DNA of 64,000 bases from NCBI RefSeq assembly GCF_009914755.1, contig NC_060943.1. One strand, written 5' to 3'. The translations under genes and the position numbers were made by a program. Of the stretch, positions 1 to 29,763 are shown in pieces. The first letter of the stretch is position 1; each line of letters begins with the position of its first letter. Source of the DNA: the human T2T-CHM13v2.0 reference genome, Homo sapiens. Below the pieces are notes generated by a model. The model was given only the letters and a program-made list of their open reading frames with translations. It did not search any database and was not told the origin of the DNA.

Positions 1-43
1 GTTTGTAAGCTGGGCCCTCGTACAGAGGTAGGGAGGTGAGAGC

Positions 44-370
44 ATTGGATTAGTGGTCACCAAAGCTGCGGTCACCTAGTGGGGTGATCAGAGGCTCCTC
101 CCTTAAGATCTTGATTGCCAACGCCTCTGGCCCAACTTTCCTTTTTATTTATCGCAAGCCTCCTGGAATCTCAATTGCTTTTTGCCCACCCGGTGTGTCA
201 GCACAAGAAATGAGTCATTTCCTCCTTTAAGCACAGTTGAAATTGAGCTGTGAGTCAGTGAGGTGTGTACGATATTGTCAAAGCGGGGTGTGTACAGTAT
301 TGACAGATCTGTAGTTGGGCAAGAGAATTATCAGAGTTTGTGACCACAGCAGATTCCAAAGCTCGACTCA
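44..370. promoter_or_regulatory. Candidate LDLR intron 1 enhancer (SRE-1, inverted CCAAT, two AP-1 sites)
   Basis: GTGGGGTGAT 79-88 (reverse complement ATCACCCCAC); ATTGG 44-48; TGAGTCA 211-217 and 251-257; non-Alu DNA. Confidence 0.6.
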
Positions 371-399
371 TTTTCTTCTCTCTTCCTTCCCTTTTTTCT

Positions 400-4876
<4,477 letters not shown>

Positions 4877-5220
4877 TAGTACAGGTTTTAATATGCTAAA
4901 TACTCTTCCTTTCTTTATTAATGTGCATGGAAGTTCTAATATTTTTTTCCCATACCCCAGAGAGTCCATATTTTGGAATCAACAACACTAGCCTTTGTTG
5001 ACAAGTGTCTCTCTTGGGTTCCTTCTTTGTGTCCTCCACTGAATTTTGGGGTTCATAAAATTTCATTTGTTGTGCTTGCTTAATTCCCTGGGAATCAGAC
5101 TGTTCCTGATCGGATGACATTTCTGGTTAATTCTTTAGTTGGCAGGAAATAGACACAGGAAACGTGGTCAGTTTCTGATTCTGGCGTTGAGAGACCCTTT
5201 CTCCTTTTCCTCTCTCTCAG

Positions 5221-5343
5221 TGGGCGACAGATGCGAAAGAAACGAGTTCCAGTGCCAAGACGGGAAATGCATCTCCTACAAGTGGGTCTGCGATGGCAGC
5301 GCTGAGTGCCAGGATGGCTCTGATGAGTCCCAGGAGACGTGCT
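5221..5343 (+). CDS. LDLR: LDL receptor exon 2 (LA repeat 1)
   Basis: ctctcag|TGGGCGAC...GCT|gtgagt; 123 nt, phase 1-1; translates (V)[40 protein letters not shown]. Confidence 0.99.
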
Positions 5344-5374
5344 GTGAGTCCCCTTTGGGCATGATATGCATTTA

Positions 5375-7830
<2,456 letters not shown>

Positions 7831-8284
7831 TGAGTCCTGGGGAGTGGTCTGACTTTGTCTCTACGGGGTCCTGCTCGAGCTGCAAGGCAGCTGCCCCGAA
7901 CTGGGCTCCATCTCTTGGGGGCTCATACCAAGCCTCTTCCGCCCTTCAAATCCCCCCTTGACCAGGAGGCATTACAAAGTGGGGATGGTGCTACCTCTTC
8001 GGGTTTGTCACGCACAGTCAGGGAGGCTGTCCCTGCCGAGGGCTAGCCACCTGGCACACACACTGGCAAGCCGCTGTGATTCCCGCTGGTCGTGATCCCC
8101 GTGATCCTGTGATCCCCGCCCCGTGAGGCTGAACACATAGTGACGCTTGCTAGCCAAGCCTCAATGACCCACGTAACATGAAGGGGGAAAAGCCAGAAAG
8201 TTCTGCCAAGGAGCAAGGCCAAGAATCCCGAAGGGAAATGGACTTTGAAGCTGGGCGTCTTCTTGGCTGTCTTAATACAAGTGG

Positions 8285-9940
<1,656 letters not shown>

Positions 9941-10064
9941 AATAAGGACAGCAATTCTATAAATTGTGCTACCATCTTGCAGGTCTCAGTTTAACAGCTT
10001 TACACCTATTAGCGCACCAGTGCTCATAGCAGTGCTGGGAAATGTGTACAGATGAGGAAACTGA

Positions 10065-10688
<624 letters not shown>

Positions 10689-11541
10689 TAGGTGCCGAAG
10701 TGGATTTCCAACAACATGCCAAGAAAGTATTCCCATTTCATGTTTGTTTCTTTTTTTTCTTTTCTTTCTTTATTTTGTTTTTGAGATGGAGTCTCACTCT
10801 GTGATTTTTTTCATCTCTAAATTTCCTACATCCATATGGCCACCATGAGGCCCCAGGCTGGCCGATGGTTGCTGTTAGCTTATTGGGAAATCACTGTTTG
10901 GAAGGTGCTGGTTGTTTTTTGTTGTTTGTTGTTTTTGTTTTTGTTTTTGTTTTGAGACGGAGTCTCGCTCTGTCGCCAGGGTGGAGTGCAGTGGCGCGAT
11001 CAGCTCACTGCAACCTCCGCTTCCTGGGTTCAAGCCATTCTCCTGCCTCAGCCTCCCAAGTAGCGCGGATTACAGGCATGTGCCACCACCTCCGGCTATT
11101 TTTTTTTCTATTTAGTAGAGATGGGGTTTCACCATGTTAGTCAGGCTGGTCATGAACTCTTGACCTCAGGTGATCCACCCGCCTCGGCCTCCCAAAGTGC
11201 TGGGATTACAGGCGTGCACTGCTGCACCCAGCCTTTTTTTGTTTTTTTGAGACAGGGTCTTGCTGTCACCCAGGTTGAAGTAAGGTGGCACGATTATGGC
11301 TCACTGCGGCCTTGATCTCCTTGGCTCAAGCGATCCTCTCACTTCAGCCTCTCAAGCAGTTGGAACCACAGGCTGTACCACCAAGCCTGGCCAATTTTTT
11401 TGTACAGACACAGGCTGGTCTTGAACTCCTGGGCTCAAGCAATCCTCCTGCCTTGGCCTCCCAAAGTGCTGGGATTCCAGGCATGAGCCGCTGCACCCGG
11501 CAAAAGGCCCTGCTTCTTTTTCTCTGGTTGTCTCTTCTTGA

Positions 11542-11760
<219 letters not shown>

Positions 11761-12399
11761 TGAAGCCAGAGGGCGCTTCCCTGGTCAGCTCTGCACCAGC
11801 TGTGCGTCTGTGGGCAAGTGACTTGACTTCTCAGAGCCTCACTTCCTTTTGTTTTGAGACGGAGTCTCGCTCTGACACCCAGGCTGGAGTGCTGTGGCAC
11901 AATCACAGCTCACGGCAGCCTCTGCCTCTGATGTCCAGTGATTCTCCTGCCTCAGCCTCCCGAGTAGCTGAGATTAAAGGCGTATACCACCACGCCCGGC
12001 TAATTTTTTGTATTTTTATTAGAGACAGGGTTTCTCCATGTTGGCCAGGCTGGTCTTGAACTCCTGGTCTCAGGTGATCCACCCGCCTCGGCCTCCCAAA
12101 GTGCTAGGATTACAGGTGTGAGCCACTGCGCCAGGCCTAATTTTTTTGTATTTTTAGTAGAGATGCGGTTTTGCCATATTGCCCAGGCTGGTCTCGAACT
12201 CCTGGGCTCAAGCGATCTGCCTGCCTTGGCCTCCCAAAGTGCTGGGATTACAGGCACAAACCACCGTGCCCGACGCGTTTTCTTAATGAATCCATTTGCA
12301 TGCGTTCTTATGTGAATAAACTATTATATGAATGAGTGCCAAGCAAACTGAGGCTCAGACACACCTGACCTTCCTCCTTCCTCTCTCTGGCTCTCACAG

Positions 12400-12522
12400 T
12401 GACACTCTGCGAGGGACCCAACAAGTTCAAGTGTCACAGCGGCGAATGCATCACCCTGGACAAAGTCTGCAACATGGCTAGAGACTGCCGGGACTGGTCA
12501 GATGAACCCATCAAAGAGTGCG
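12400..12522 (+). CDS. LDLR: LDLR exon 6 (LA repeat 7)
   Basis: tcacag|TGACAC...TGCG|gtgagt; 123 nt; [39 protein letters not shown]. Confidence 0.99.
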
Positions 12523-12526
12523 GTGA

Positions 12527-12757
<231 letters not shown>

Positions 12758-13072
12758 TAGCTGGGATTACAGGCGCCCACCACCAAGCCCGGGTAATTTT
12801 TTGTATGTTTAGTAGAGATGGGGTTTCACTATGTTGGCCAGGCTGGTGTTGAACTCCTGACCTCATGATCCGCCCACCTCGGCCTCCCAAAGTGCTGGGA
12901 TTACAGGCGTGACCCACCCCATGAAAAAAAATTAAAAAATGAAGCGATGCTGGGCGCGGTGGATCACGCCTGTAATCCCAGCACTTTGGGAAGCTGAGGC
13001 AGGCAGATCACGAGGGCAGGAGATTGAGACCATCCTGGCTAATACGGTGAAACCCCATCTCTACTAAAACTA

Positions 13073-13449
<377 letters not shown>

Positions 13450-14228
13450 TGAATGCCACCTTGCTGGGCTAATTTTTGTATTTTTAGTAGAGATGGGGTT
13501 TCACCATGTTGGCCAGGCTGGCCTCGAACTCCTGACCTCGAGTGATCTGCCCGCCTCCTGAAGTGCTGGGATTACAGGCGTGAGCCACCTCGTCCTGGTG
13601 AGGGTTTTTTTTTTTCCCCAACCCTCTGTGGTGGATACTGAAAGACCATATTAGGATAACTGTACAGTATAGAGAAGGCAGTGGCAAGTTTTCTCTGTCA
13701 TATACCAGAGTGGGCTTGGGCATGGTGGCATACTCCTGTAGTCTCAGCTAATCAGGAGGCTGAGGAAGGAGGATCGCTTGGGCCCAGGAGTTGGAGACTG
13801 TAGTGAGCTGTGATCACACCACCACACTTCAATCTGGGCAACAGAGCAAGAGACCCTATCTCTAAAAAAAAGTAAGTATTTCGGACACTGTGGGCCATAC
13901 GGTCTCTGGTGCAGTTTCTCAACATGGCTGTTGGGTGAACACAACCACGCACAGAACGCAAACCAATACACGTGGCTGTGGGCCCAGAAAATGTTATTTA
14001 TGGACACAAAAATTGGAATTTCATATAACTGTTTTGTGTCATGAAAATGATTTCCCTTTTTATTTTTATTTTTCTTCTCAAGTATTTAAATATGTAAAAG
14101 CCATTTTTAGGCCTGGCAGGATGGTTCACAGCTGTAATCCCAGCACTTTGGGAGGTCGAGGCGGGAGGATCACGAGGTCAGGAGATCGAGACCATCCTGG
14201 CCAACACAGTGAAACCCCGTCTCTACTA

Positions 14229-14438
<210 letters not shown>

Positions 14439-14605
14439 CTATCTGCCTGCCTTGGTCTCCCAAAGTTCTGGGATTACAGGCATGAGCTACAGCGCCCGGA
14501 CTTTTGTTGTTTTATATCTATATATCTATATATAACTTGTTTTATGTATATATATAACTTGTTTTATATATATACATAAACTGCAGTAAAAAACATGTAA
14601 CATAA

Positions 14606-14869
<264 letters not shown>

Positions 14870-14890
14870 TAATTTTTGTATTTTCAGTAG

Positions 14891-15034
<144 letters not shown>

Positions 15035-15254
15035 TGAAGCTCTGTCCCCATGAAACACTCACTCTCCATCCCCTCCCCAACTCCTGGCACCCACCATTCT
15101 ACTTTCTGTCCCTATGAATGTGATGGCTCTAGGGACCTCCTCTGAGTGGAATCAGACAGCATTTTCCTTTTTTGACTGGCTTATTTCACTGAGCCAAGTG
15201 CGGTGGCACACGCCTGTAATCCCAAAACTTTGGGAGACCGAGGCGGGCGCATCA

Positions 15255-15869
<615 letters not shown>

Positions 15870-16148
15870 TAAGTGTGCTTGAAAGCAGTTAGGAGGGTTT
15901 CATGAGATTCCACCTGCATGGAAAACTATCATTGGCTGGCCAGAGTTTCTTGCCTCTGGGGATTAGTAATTAAGAAATTTCAGGCCGGGTGCGTAATCCC
16001 TGTAATCCCAACACCTTGGGACGCCGAGGCGGGCAGATCACCTGAGGTCGGGAGTTCCAGACCAGCCTGACCAACATGGAGAAACCCCGTCTCTACTAAA
16101 AATACAAAATTAGCCGGGCTTGGTGGTGCATGCCTATAATCCCAGCTA

Positions 16149-16298
<150 letters not shown>

Positions 16299-16362
16299 TC
16301 AGCTGACACAGCTTCACACTCTTGGTTGGGTTCCCGTGGTGAATGATGAGGTCAGGTGATGA

Positions 16363-16722
<360 letters not shown>

Positions 16723-16932
16723 TGAACTTTGCACAGACTCATATCCCCTGACCGGGAGGCTGTTTGCTCCTGAGGGCTCTGGCAGGGGAGTCTGCCGCCC
16801 TGTTAGGACTTGGGCTTGCCAGGGGGATGCCTGCATATGTCCTAGTTTTTGGGAATATCCAGTTAACGGAACCCTCAGCCCTACTGGTGGAACAGGAACC
16901 GGCTTTCCTTTCAGGGACAACCTGGGGAGTGA

Positions 16933-17354
<422 letters not shown>

Positions 17355-18286
17355 TGATCCGCCCACCTCGGCCTTCCAAAGTGCTCGGATTACAGGCGTG
17401 AGCCACTGCGCCCAGCCGCTAATTTTCATATTTTTAGTAAAAACAGGGTTTCACCATGTTGGCCAGGCTAGTCTTGAACTCCTGAACCCAAGTGATCCTC
17501 CTGCCTTGGCCTCCCAAAGTGCTGGGATTACAGACACCACACCTGGCTATTATTATTTTTTAGAGACAGGGTGCTGCTCTATCTTCCAGCCTGTAGTGCA
17601 GTGCAGCCTCCATCATAGCTCGCTGCAGCCTTGACCTCCTGGGTTCACGTGATCGTCCCGCCTAAGCCTCTGGAGGAGCTGGGAGTACTGGCATGTGCCA
17701 CCATGCCTGGTTAATTTTTTTTTTTTTTTTTTTGAGACAGAGTCTCATTCTGTCACCCAGGCTGGAGTGCGGTGGTGCGATCTTGGCTTACTGAAACCTC
17801 CACCTCCCAGGTTCCAGCAATTCTCCTGCCTCACCCTTCTGAGTAGCTGGGATTACAGGTTCCGGCTACCAAACCTGGCTAGTTTTTGTATGTTTAGTAG
17901 AGACAGGGTTTCACCATGTTGGTGAGGCTGGTCTCGATTCTCCCGCCTCAGCCTCCCAAAGTGCTGGGATTACAGGCTTGAGCCACCGTGCCTGGCTTTT
18001 TTTTTTTTTTTTTTTTTTGTGGCAATAAGGTCTCATTGTCTTGCCCAGGCTAGCCTTATGCTCCTAGCCTCAAGTGATCCTCCTCCCTCAGCCTCCCAAA
18101 GTGCTGGGATTACAGGTGGGCGCCACTGTGCCTGTTCCCGTTGGGAGGTCTTTTCCACCCTCTTTTTCTGGGTGCCTCCTCTGGCTCAGCCGCACCCTGC
18201 AGGATGACACAAGGGGATGGGGAGGCACTCTTGGTTCCATCGACGGGTCCCCTCTGACCCCCTGACCTCGCTCCCCGGACCCCCAG

Positions 18287-19131
<845 letters not shown>

Positions 19132-19573
19132 CTAAACAAAAAACTGGTTAGTGGCTAGACAACAGGATGGTATCTTCCAAGCCCATGGCTGACTCAGCAG
19201 CTCCTGGGTCAAGACACTGTGACCTGTGTCCCCTGGCAGGAAGCATCGCCCCTGCCACCTGCCCGGTGTACTCTGTACCTGTCAGGTGACATCTGCTACC
19301 TAAGCACGTGAGAGGTGGCATTTCACAGTTTCAGTGTGGTGCTGACAACCCGGGACGCACACTGTCCTTGCAGCTACAATCAGGAGGTGAATGTTGGGTT
19401 TCCAGCAGAGAACACTGGAGAAGGCACACTTGGTGTCTGGAAGGGAAAAGCAGGGAAGAGAGCATCATCAGATGCCTGCGGGTGAAGGTGGGCCCGCTAT
19501 GGCCAGCGTCCCTTTTTATTTTTATTTATTTATTTATTTGAGATGGAATCTCGCTCTGTCGCCCAGACTGTAG

Positions 19574-19726
<153 letters not shown>

Positions 19727-19804
19727 TAGCCAGGATGGTCTAAATCTCCTGACCCTGTGATCCACCCGCCTCGGCCTCCCTAAGTGCTTGGATTACAAGC
19801 GTGA

Positions 19805-19984
<180 letters not shown>

Positions 19985-20217
19985 TGACTAATTTTTTGTA
20001 TTTTTAGTAGAGACTGGGTTTCACCATGTTGGCTAGGCTGGTCTCGAACCCTTAGCCTCAAGTAATCTGCCTGCCTCAGCCTCCCAAACAGCGGGGATTA
20101 CAGGCATGAGCCACTGTGCCCAACCCAACCCTGGATCTCTTTTAAACAAGACAATGCTCGCTGTTGCCACAGAACAATGGGTGGGGTACATGTGGCCCAG
20201 TGTGTTTGGCCACATAA

Positions 20218-21220
<1,003 letters not shown>

Positions 21221-21366
21221 GTATGTTCGCAGGACAGCCGTCCCAGCCAGGGCCGGGCACAGGCTGGAGGACAGACGGGGGTTGCCAGGTGGCTCTGGGA
21301 CAAGCCCAAGCTGCTCCCTGAAGGTTTCCCTCTTTCTTTTCTTTGTTTTTTCTTTTTTTGAGATGA

Positions 21367-21465
<99 letters not shown>

Positions 21466-21760
21466 TGAGTAGCTGAGATTACAGACACGTGCCACCACGG
21501 CAGACTAATTTTATTTTATTTTTGGGAAGAGACAAAGTCTTGTTATGTTGGCCTGGCTGGTCTCAAACTCAGGGTGCAAGCGATCCTCCCGCCTCAGCCT
21601 TCCAAACTGCTGGGATTACAGGCGTGGGCCACCGTACCCAGCCTCCTTGAAGTTTTTCTGACCTGCAACTCCCCTACCTGCCCATTGGAGAGGGCGTCAC
21701 AGGGGAGGGGTTCAGGCTCACATGTGGTTGGAGCTGCCTCTCCAGGTGCTTTTCTGCTAG

Positions 21761-22078
<318 letters not shown>

Positions 22079-22165
22079 TGAACGCAGAAAACTGGTTGTG
22101 ACTAGGAGGAGGTCTTAGACCTGAGTTATTTCTATTTTCTTCTTTCTTTTTTTTTTTTTTTTTGA

Positions 22166-22327
<162 letters not shown>

Positions 22328-22492
22328 TAGTAGAGACGGAGTTTCTCCATGTTGGTCAGGCTGGTCTCGAACTCCCGACCTCAGGTGATCTGCCTGCCTC
22401 GGCCTCCCAAAGTGCTGGGATTACAGACTTGAGCCACCGCGCCCAGCTATTTCTGTTTTCTTTCTTTCTTCTTCTTCTTTTTTTTTTTCTAA

Positions 22493-22774
<282 letters not shown>

Positions 22775-23826
22775 TGAGATTACAGGCATGTGTGCCATCA
22801 TACCTGGCTGATTTTTGTATTTTTTTTTAGAGATGGGGTCTCAGTATGTTGACCAGGCTTGTCTTAAACTCCCGGCCTCAAGTGATCCTCCCACTTCAGT
22901 CTCCCAAAGTGCTGGGATTACAGGCATGAGCCACTGCGGCCGGTTTGTTTTCTTTTTTTTTTCGTTTTTTGGAGACGGAATTTCACCTTTGTTGCCCAGG
23001 ATGGAGTGCAATGGCACGATATCGCCTCACCACAACCTCTGCCTCCTGGGTTCAAACCATTTTCCTGCCTCAGCCTTCTTAGTAGCTGGGATTACAAGCA
23101 TGTGCCACCACGCCCGGCTGATTTTGTATTTTTAGTAGAGATGGGGTTTCTCCATGTTGGCCAGGCTGGTCTCGAACTCCTGACCTCAGGTCATTCGCCC
23201 ACCTCTGCCTCCCAAAGTGCTGGGATTACAGGCGTGAGCCACCGTGCCCGGTGGTTTGTATTCTTTTTACTGAGAGTCGTGAAAGGCAGTGATCCTCTGT
23301 CACATGTGATCTTGGCTCTCAGGGGACATTTGGCAATTTCTAGAGATTTTTTGGTTGTCACAAGTCAATGGGGAAGACTGTTGGCATTTAGTGGGTAGAG
23401 GCTGGTGACGCTGCTGAACACCCAGAACAGGGAAGTAGCAGGCCCTAGATAGAGCCATCGTGGGGAAACCCTGCTCTAAGGAAATGGCGCTATTTTATAA
23501 CCCCACGTTCCTGGCATGATTACCAACAGCCAAAAGTGGAGTCCCCCCAAGTGTGTTCGTCCATTTGCATTGCAGTAAAGGAATAGCTGAGGCCGGGTAA
23601 TTTATAAAGAAAAGAGATTTAAACTGGGTATGGCAGTTTATGCCTATAATCCCAGAACTTTGGGAGGCTGAGGCAGGAGGATCGCTTGAGTCCAGGAGTG
23701 TGAGACCGAGACCAGCCTGGCCAACATGACGAAACTCTGTCTCTACAAAAAATACAAAAAGTAGGCCAGGCACGGTGGTTCACGCCTGTAATCCCAGCAC
23801 TTTGGGAGGCCGAGGCGGGCGGATCA

Positions 23827-24180
<354 letters not shown>

Positions 24181-24452
24181 TCATGCCACTGCACTCCAGC
24201 CTGGGCGACAGAGTGGGACTCTGTCTCAAAAAACAACAAAAAAAAAGTTCTGGAAATGGATGGTGGTGATGGTGATACTTCCACAACAGCGTGAATCTGC
24301 TTAAGGCCACCGAACTGTGCACTCACAAATAGTCGAGATGGTACATTTTATGTTATGTGTATTTCACCACAATTAAAAACTAGTTGTGGGCCAGGTGTGG
24401 TGGTTCATGCCTGTAATCCCAGCACTTTGGGAGGTCAGAGGGAGGTGGATCA

Positions 24453-24716
<264 letters not shown>

Positions 24717-24821
24717 TCACGCCTGTAATCCCAGCACTTTGGGAGACCGAGGTAGGTGGATGGCCTGAGGTCAGGAGTTCGAATCCAGCCTGGCCAACAT
24801 GGTGAAAGCCCGTCTCTACTA

Positions 24822-25273
<452 letters not shown>

Positions 25274-25297
25274 TGAAACCTCCTTGTGGAAACTCTG

Positions 25298-25325
25298 GAA
25301 TGTTCTGGAAATTTCTGGAATCTTC
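25298..25325. promoter_or_regulatory. Six-unit perfect heat-shock element in intron 13
   Basis: GAAtgTTCtgGAAatTTCtgGAAtcTTC. Confidence 0.6.
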
Positions 25326-25377
25326 TGGTATAGCTGATGATCTCGTTCCTGCCCTGACTCCGCTTCTTCTGCCCCAG

Positions 25378-25530
25378 GAGTGAACTGGTGTGAGAGGACC
25401 ACCCTGAGCAATGGCGGCTGCCAGTATCTGTGCCTCCCTGCCCCGCAGATCAACCCCCACTCGCCCAAGTTTACCTGCGCCTGCCCGGACGGCATGCTGC
25501 TGGCCAGGGACATGAGGAGCTGCCTCACAG
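25378..25530 (+). CDS. LDLR: LDLR exon 14 (EGF-C)
   Basis: ccccag|GAGTGA...ACAG|gtgtgg; 153 nt; [22 protein letters not shown]. Confidence 0.99.
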
Positions 25531-26707
25531 GTGTGGCACACGCCTTGTTTCTGCGTCCTGTGTCCTCCAACTGCCCCCTCCTGAGCCTCTCTCTGCTCAT
25601 CTGTCAAATGGGTACCTCAAGGTCGTTGTAAGGACTCATGAGTCGGGATAACCATACTTTTCTTGGATGGACACATCAGCACCGGGCTTGACATTTACCC
25701 AGTTCCCCTTTGATGCCTGGTTTCCTCTTTCCCGGCCCCCTGAAGAGGTGATCTGATTTCTGACAGGAGCCCTGAGGGAGGAAATGGTCCCCTTTGTTGA
25801 CTTTTCTTTTTCTTTATTTTTTTCTTTTGAGATTTGCTGTCACCCAGCCTGGAATGCAGTGGTGCCATCTTGGCTCACTGCTACCTCTCCCACTGGGTTC
25901 AAGCAATTCTCCTGCCTCAGCCTCCCAAGTAGCTGGGATTACAAGCATGCGCCACCATGCCTGGCTAAGTTTTGTATTTTTAGTACAGACAGGGTTTCTC
26001 CATGGTGGCCAGGCTGGTCTTGAACTCCTGACCTCAGGTGATCCTCCCACCTCTGCCTCCCGAAGTGCTACGATTACAGGCATGAGCCACCGCGCCCATC
26101 CCCCTTTGTTGACTTTTCTCATCCTCTGAGAAAGTCTCAGTTGAGGCCAGCACCTCCCTCAAGTGAATTGAATCTCCCTTTTGAACAACAACAAATAACA
26201 ATATGACCCAGACGTGGTGGCTCACACCTGTGGTCCCAGCTACTCGGGAGGCTGAGGTGTGAGGATTGCTTGAGCCCAGGAGGTCAAGGCTACAGAGAGC
26301 TATAATCACACCACTTCACTCCAGCCTGGGGGACAAAGTGAAACCCTGTCTGAAAAAAACAAAAAAAGAAAAAGGAAAAAGAAACAATACGATCACAAAG
26401 TAGATATTCATAGTGTTTATTTTCAGTACTCTTTTTTTTTTTTTTTTTTTTTTTTGAGACGGAGTCTTGCTCTGTTGCCCAGGCTGGAGTGCAGTGGCAC
26501 GATCTTGGCTCACTGCAGCCTCTGCCTCCCAGGTTCAAGCGCTTGGCTCACTGCAACCTCCGCCTCCTGGGTTCAAGCGCTTCTTCTGCCTCAGCCTCCC
26601 CAGTAGCTGGGACTATAGGCACGTCCCACTACGCCCAGCTAATTTTTTGTATTTTTTAGTAGAGATGGGGTTTCACTATGTTAGCCAGGATGGTCTCGAT
26701 CTCCTGA

Positions 26708-27122
<415 letters not shown>

Positions 27123-27336
27123 TGAGACAGAGTCTTACTCCGTCGCCCAGGCTGGAGTGCAGCGGTGCGATGTCTGCGCACTGCAAGCTCCGCCCCCTGG
27201 GTTCATGCCATTCTCCTGCCTCAGCCTTCTGAGTAGCTGGGACTGCAGGCGCCTGCCACTACGCCCGGCTACTTTTTTGTATATTTAGTAGAGATGGAGT
27301 TTCACTGTGTTAGCCAGGATGGTCTCGATCTCCTGA

Positions 27337-27588
<252 letters not shown>

Positions 27589-27985
27589 TAGTAGAGACGG
27601 GGTTTCACCATGTTAGCCAGGCTGGTCTTGAACTCCTAACCTCAGGCGATTCACCTGCCTCGGCCTCCCAAAGTGCTGGGATTAAAGGTATGAGCCACCT
27701 CGCCTGGTGTGAGCCACCTCGCCCAGCCTGAGCCACCTCACCCAGCCTAAGCCACTGTGCCTGGCCTGATTTTGGACTTTTTAAAAATTTTATTAATAAT
27801 TATTTTTGGGTTTCTTTTTTTTGAGACAGGGTCTTACTCTGTCATCCAGGCCATCCTGTCTGTCTGTCATCCCAGTGATGGGATCATACCTTGCTGCAGC
27901 CTCTACCTCCTGGGCTCAAGCGATCCTCCCCCCTCAGCCTCCTGAGTAGCTGGGAGTACAGGTGTGCACCACCACACCTGGCTAA

Positions 27986-28516
<531 letters not shown>

Positions 28517-28774
28517 TAAAGTGGGTCTAATAACAGTTCTTGCCCTCTTTGCAAGGATTAAATGGGCCAAATCATATGAGGGGCCAGGTCCTTCAGGCTC
28601 CTGGTTCCCAAAGTCAGCCACGCACCGTGTGGGTCCCAAAATTTTATCAAGGCACATTCGTTGCCTCAGCTTCAGGCATCTGCCCAAAAAGGCCAGGACT
28701 AAGGCAAGGAGAGGGAGGGATTCCTCAGTACTCAGCTTTTCACAGAGGCTCCAAAAGGCTAAGGAATCCAGTAA

Positions 28775-29005
<231 letters not shown>

Positions 29006-29514
29006 TGAACTCTCAACCTCAGGTGAGCCACCCGCCTGAGCCTCCCAAAGTGCTGGGATTACAGGTGTGAGCCACCACGCCTGGCCTTTTTTTTGAGACA
29101 GAGTCTCGCTCTCGCCCATGCTGTACTGCAGTGACGCAGTCTGGGCTCACTGTAACCTCCGCTTCCCAGGTTCAAGTGATTCTTCTGCCGCAGCCTCCCA
29201 TGTAGAGTAGCTGGGATTACAGGCACCCGCCACCATGCCTGGCTAATTCTTGCATTTTTAGTAGAGATGGGGTTTCACAGTGTTGGCCAGGCTGGTCTCA
29301 AACTTCTGACCTCAAGTCATCTGCCTGCCTTGGCCCTGCCAAAGTGCTGGGATTATAGATGTGAGCCACCGCGCCTGGCCTACAGTTTATTCTTTGGTGG
29401 CTCACACCTGTAATCTCAGCACTTTGGGAGGCCAAGGTGGGAGAATGGCTTGAGCCCAGGAGTTCAAGTCCAGCCTGGGCAACATAGCAAGACCCTATCT
29501 CTACTACAAAATAA

Positions 29515-29763
<249 letters not shown>

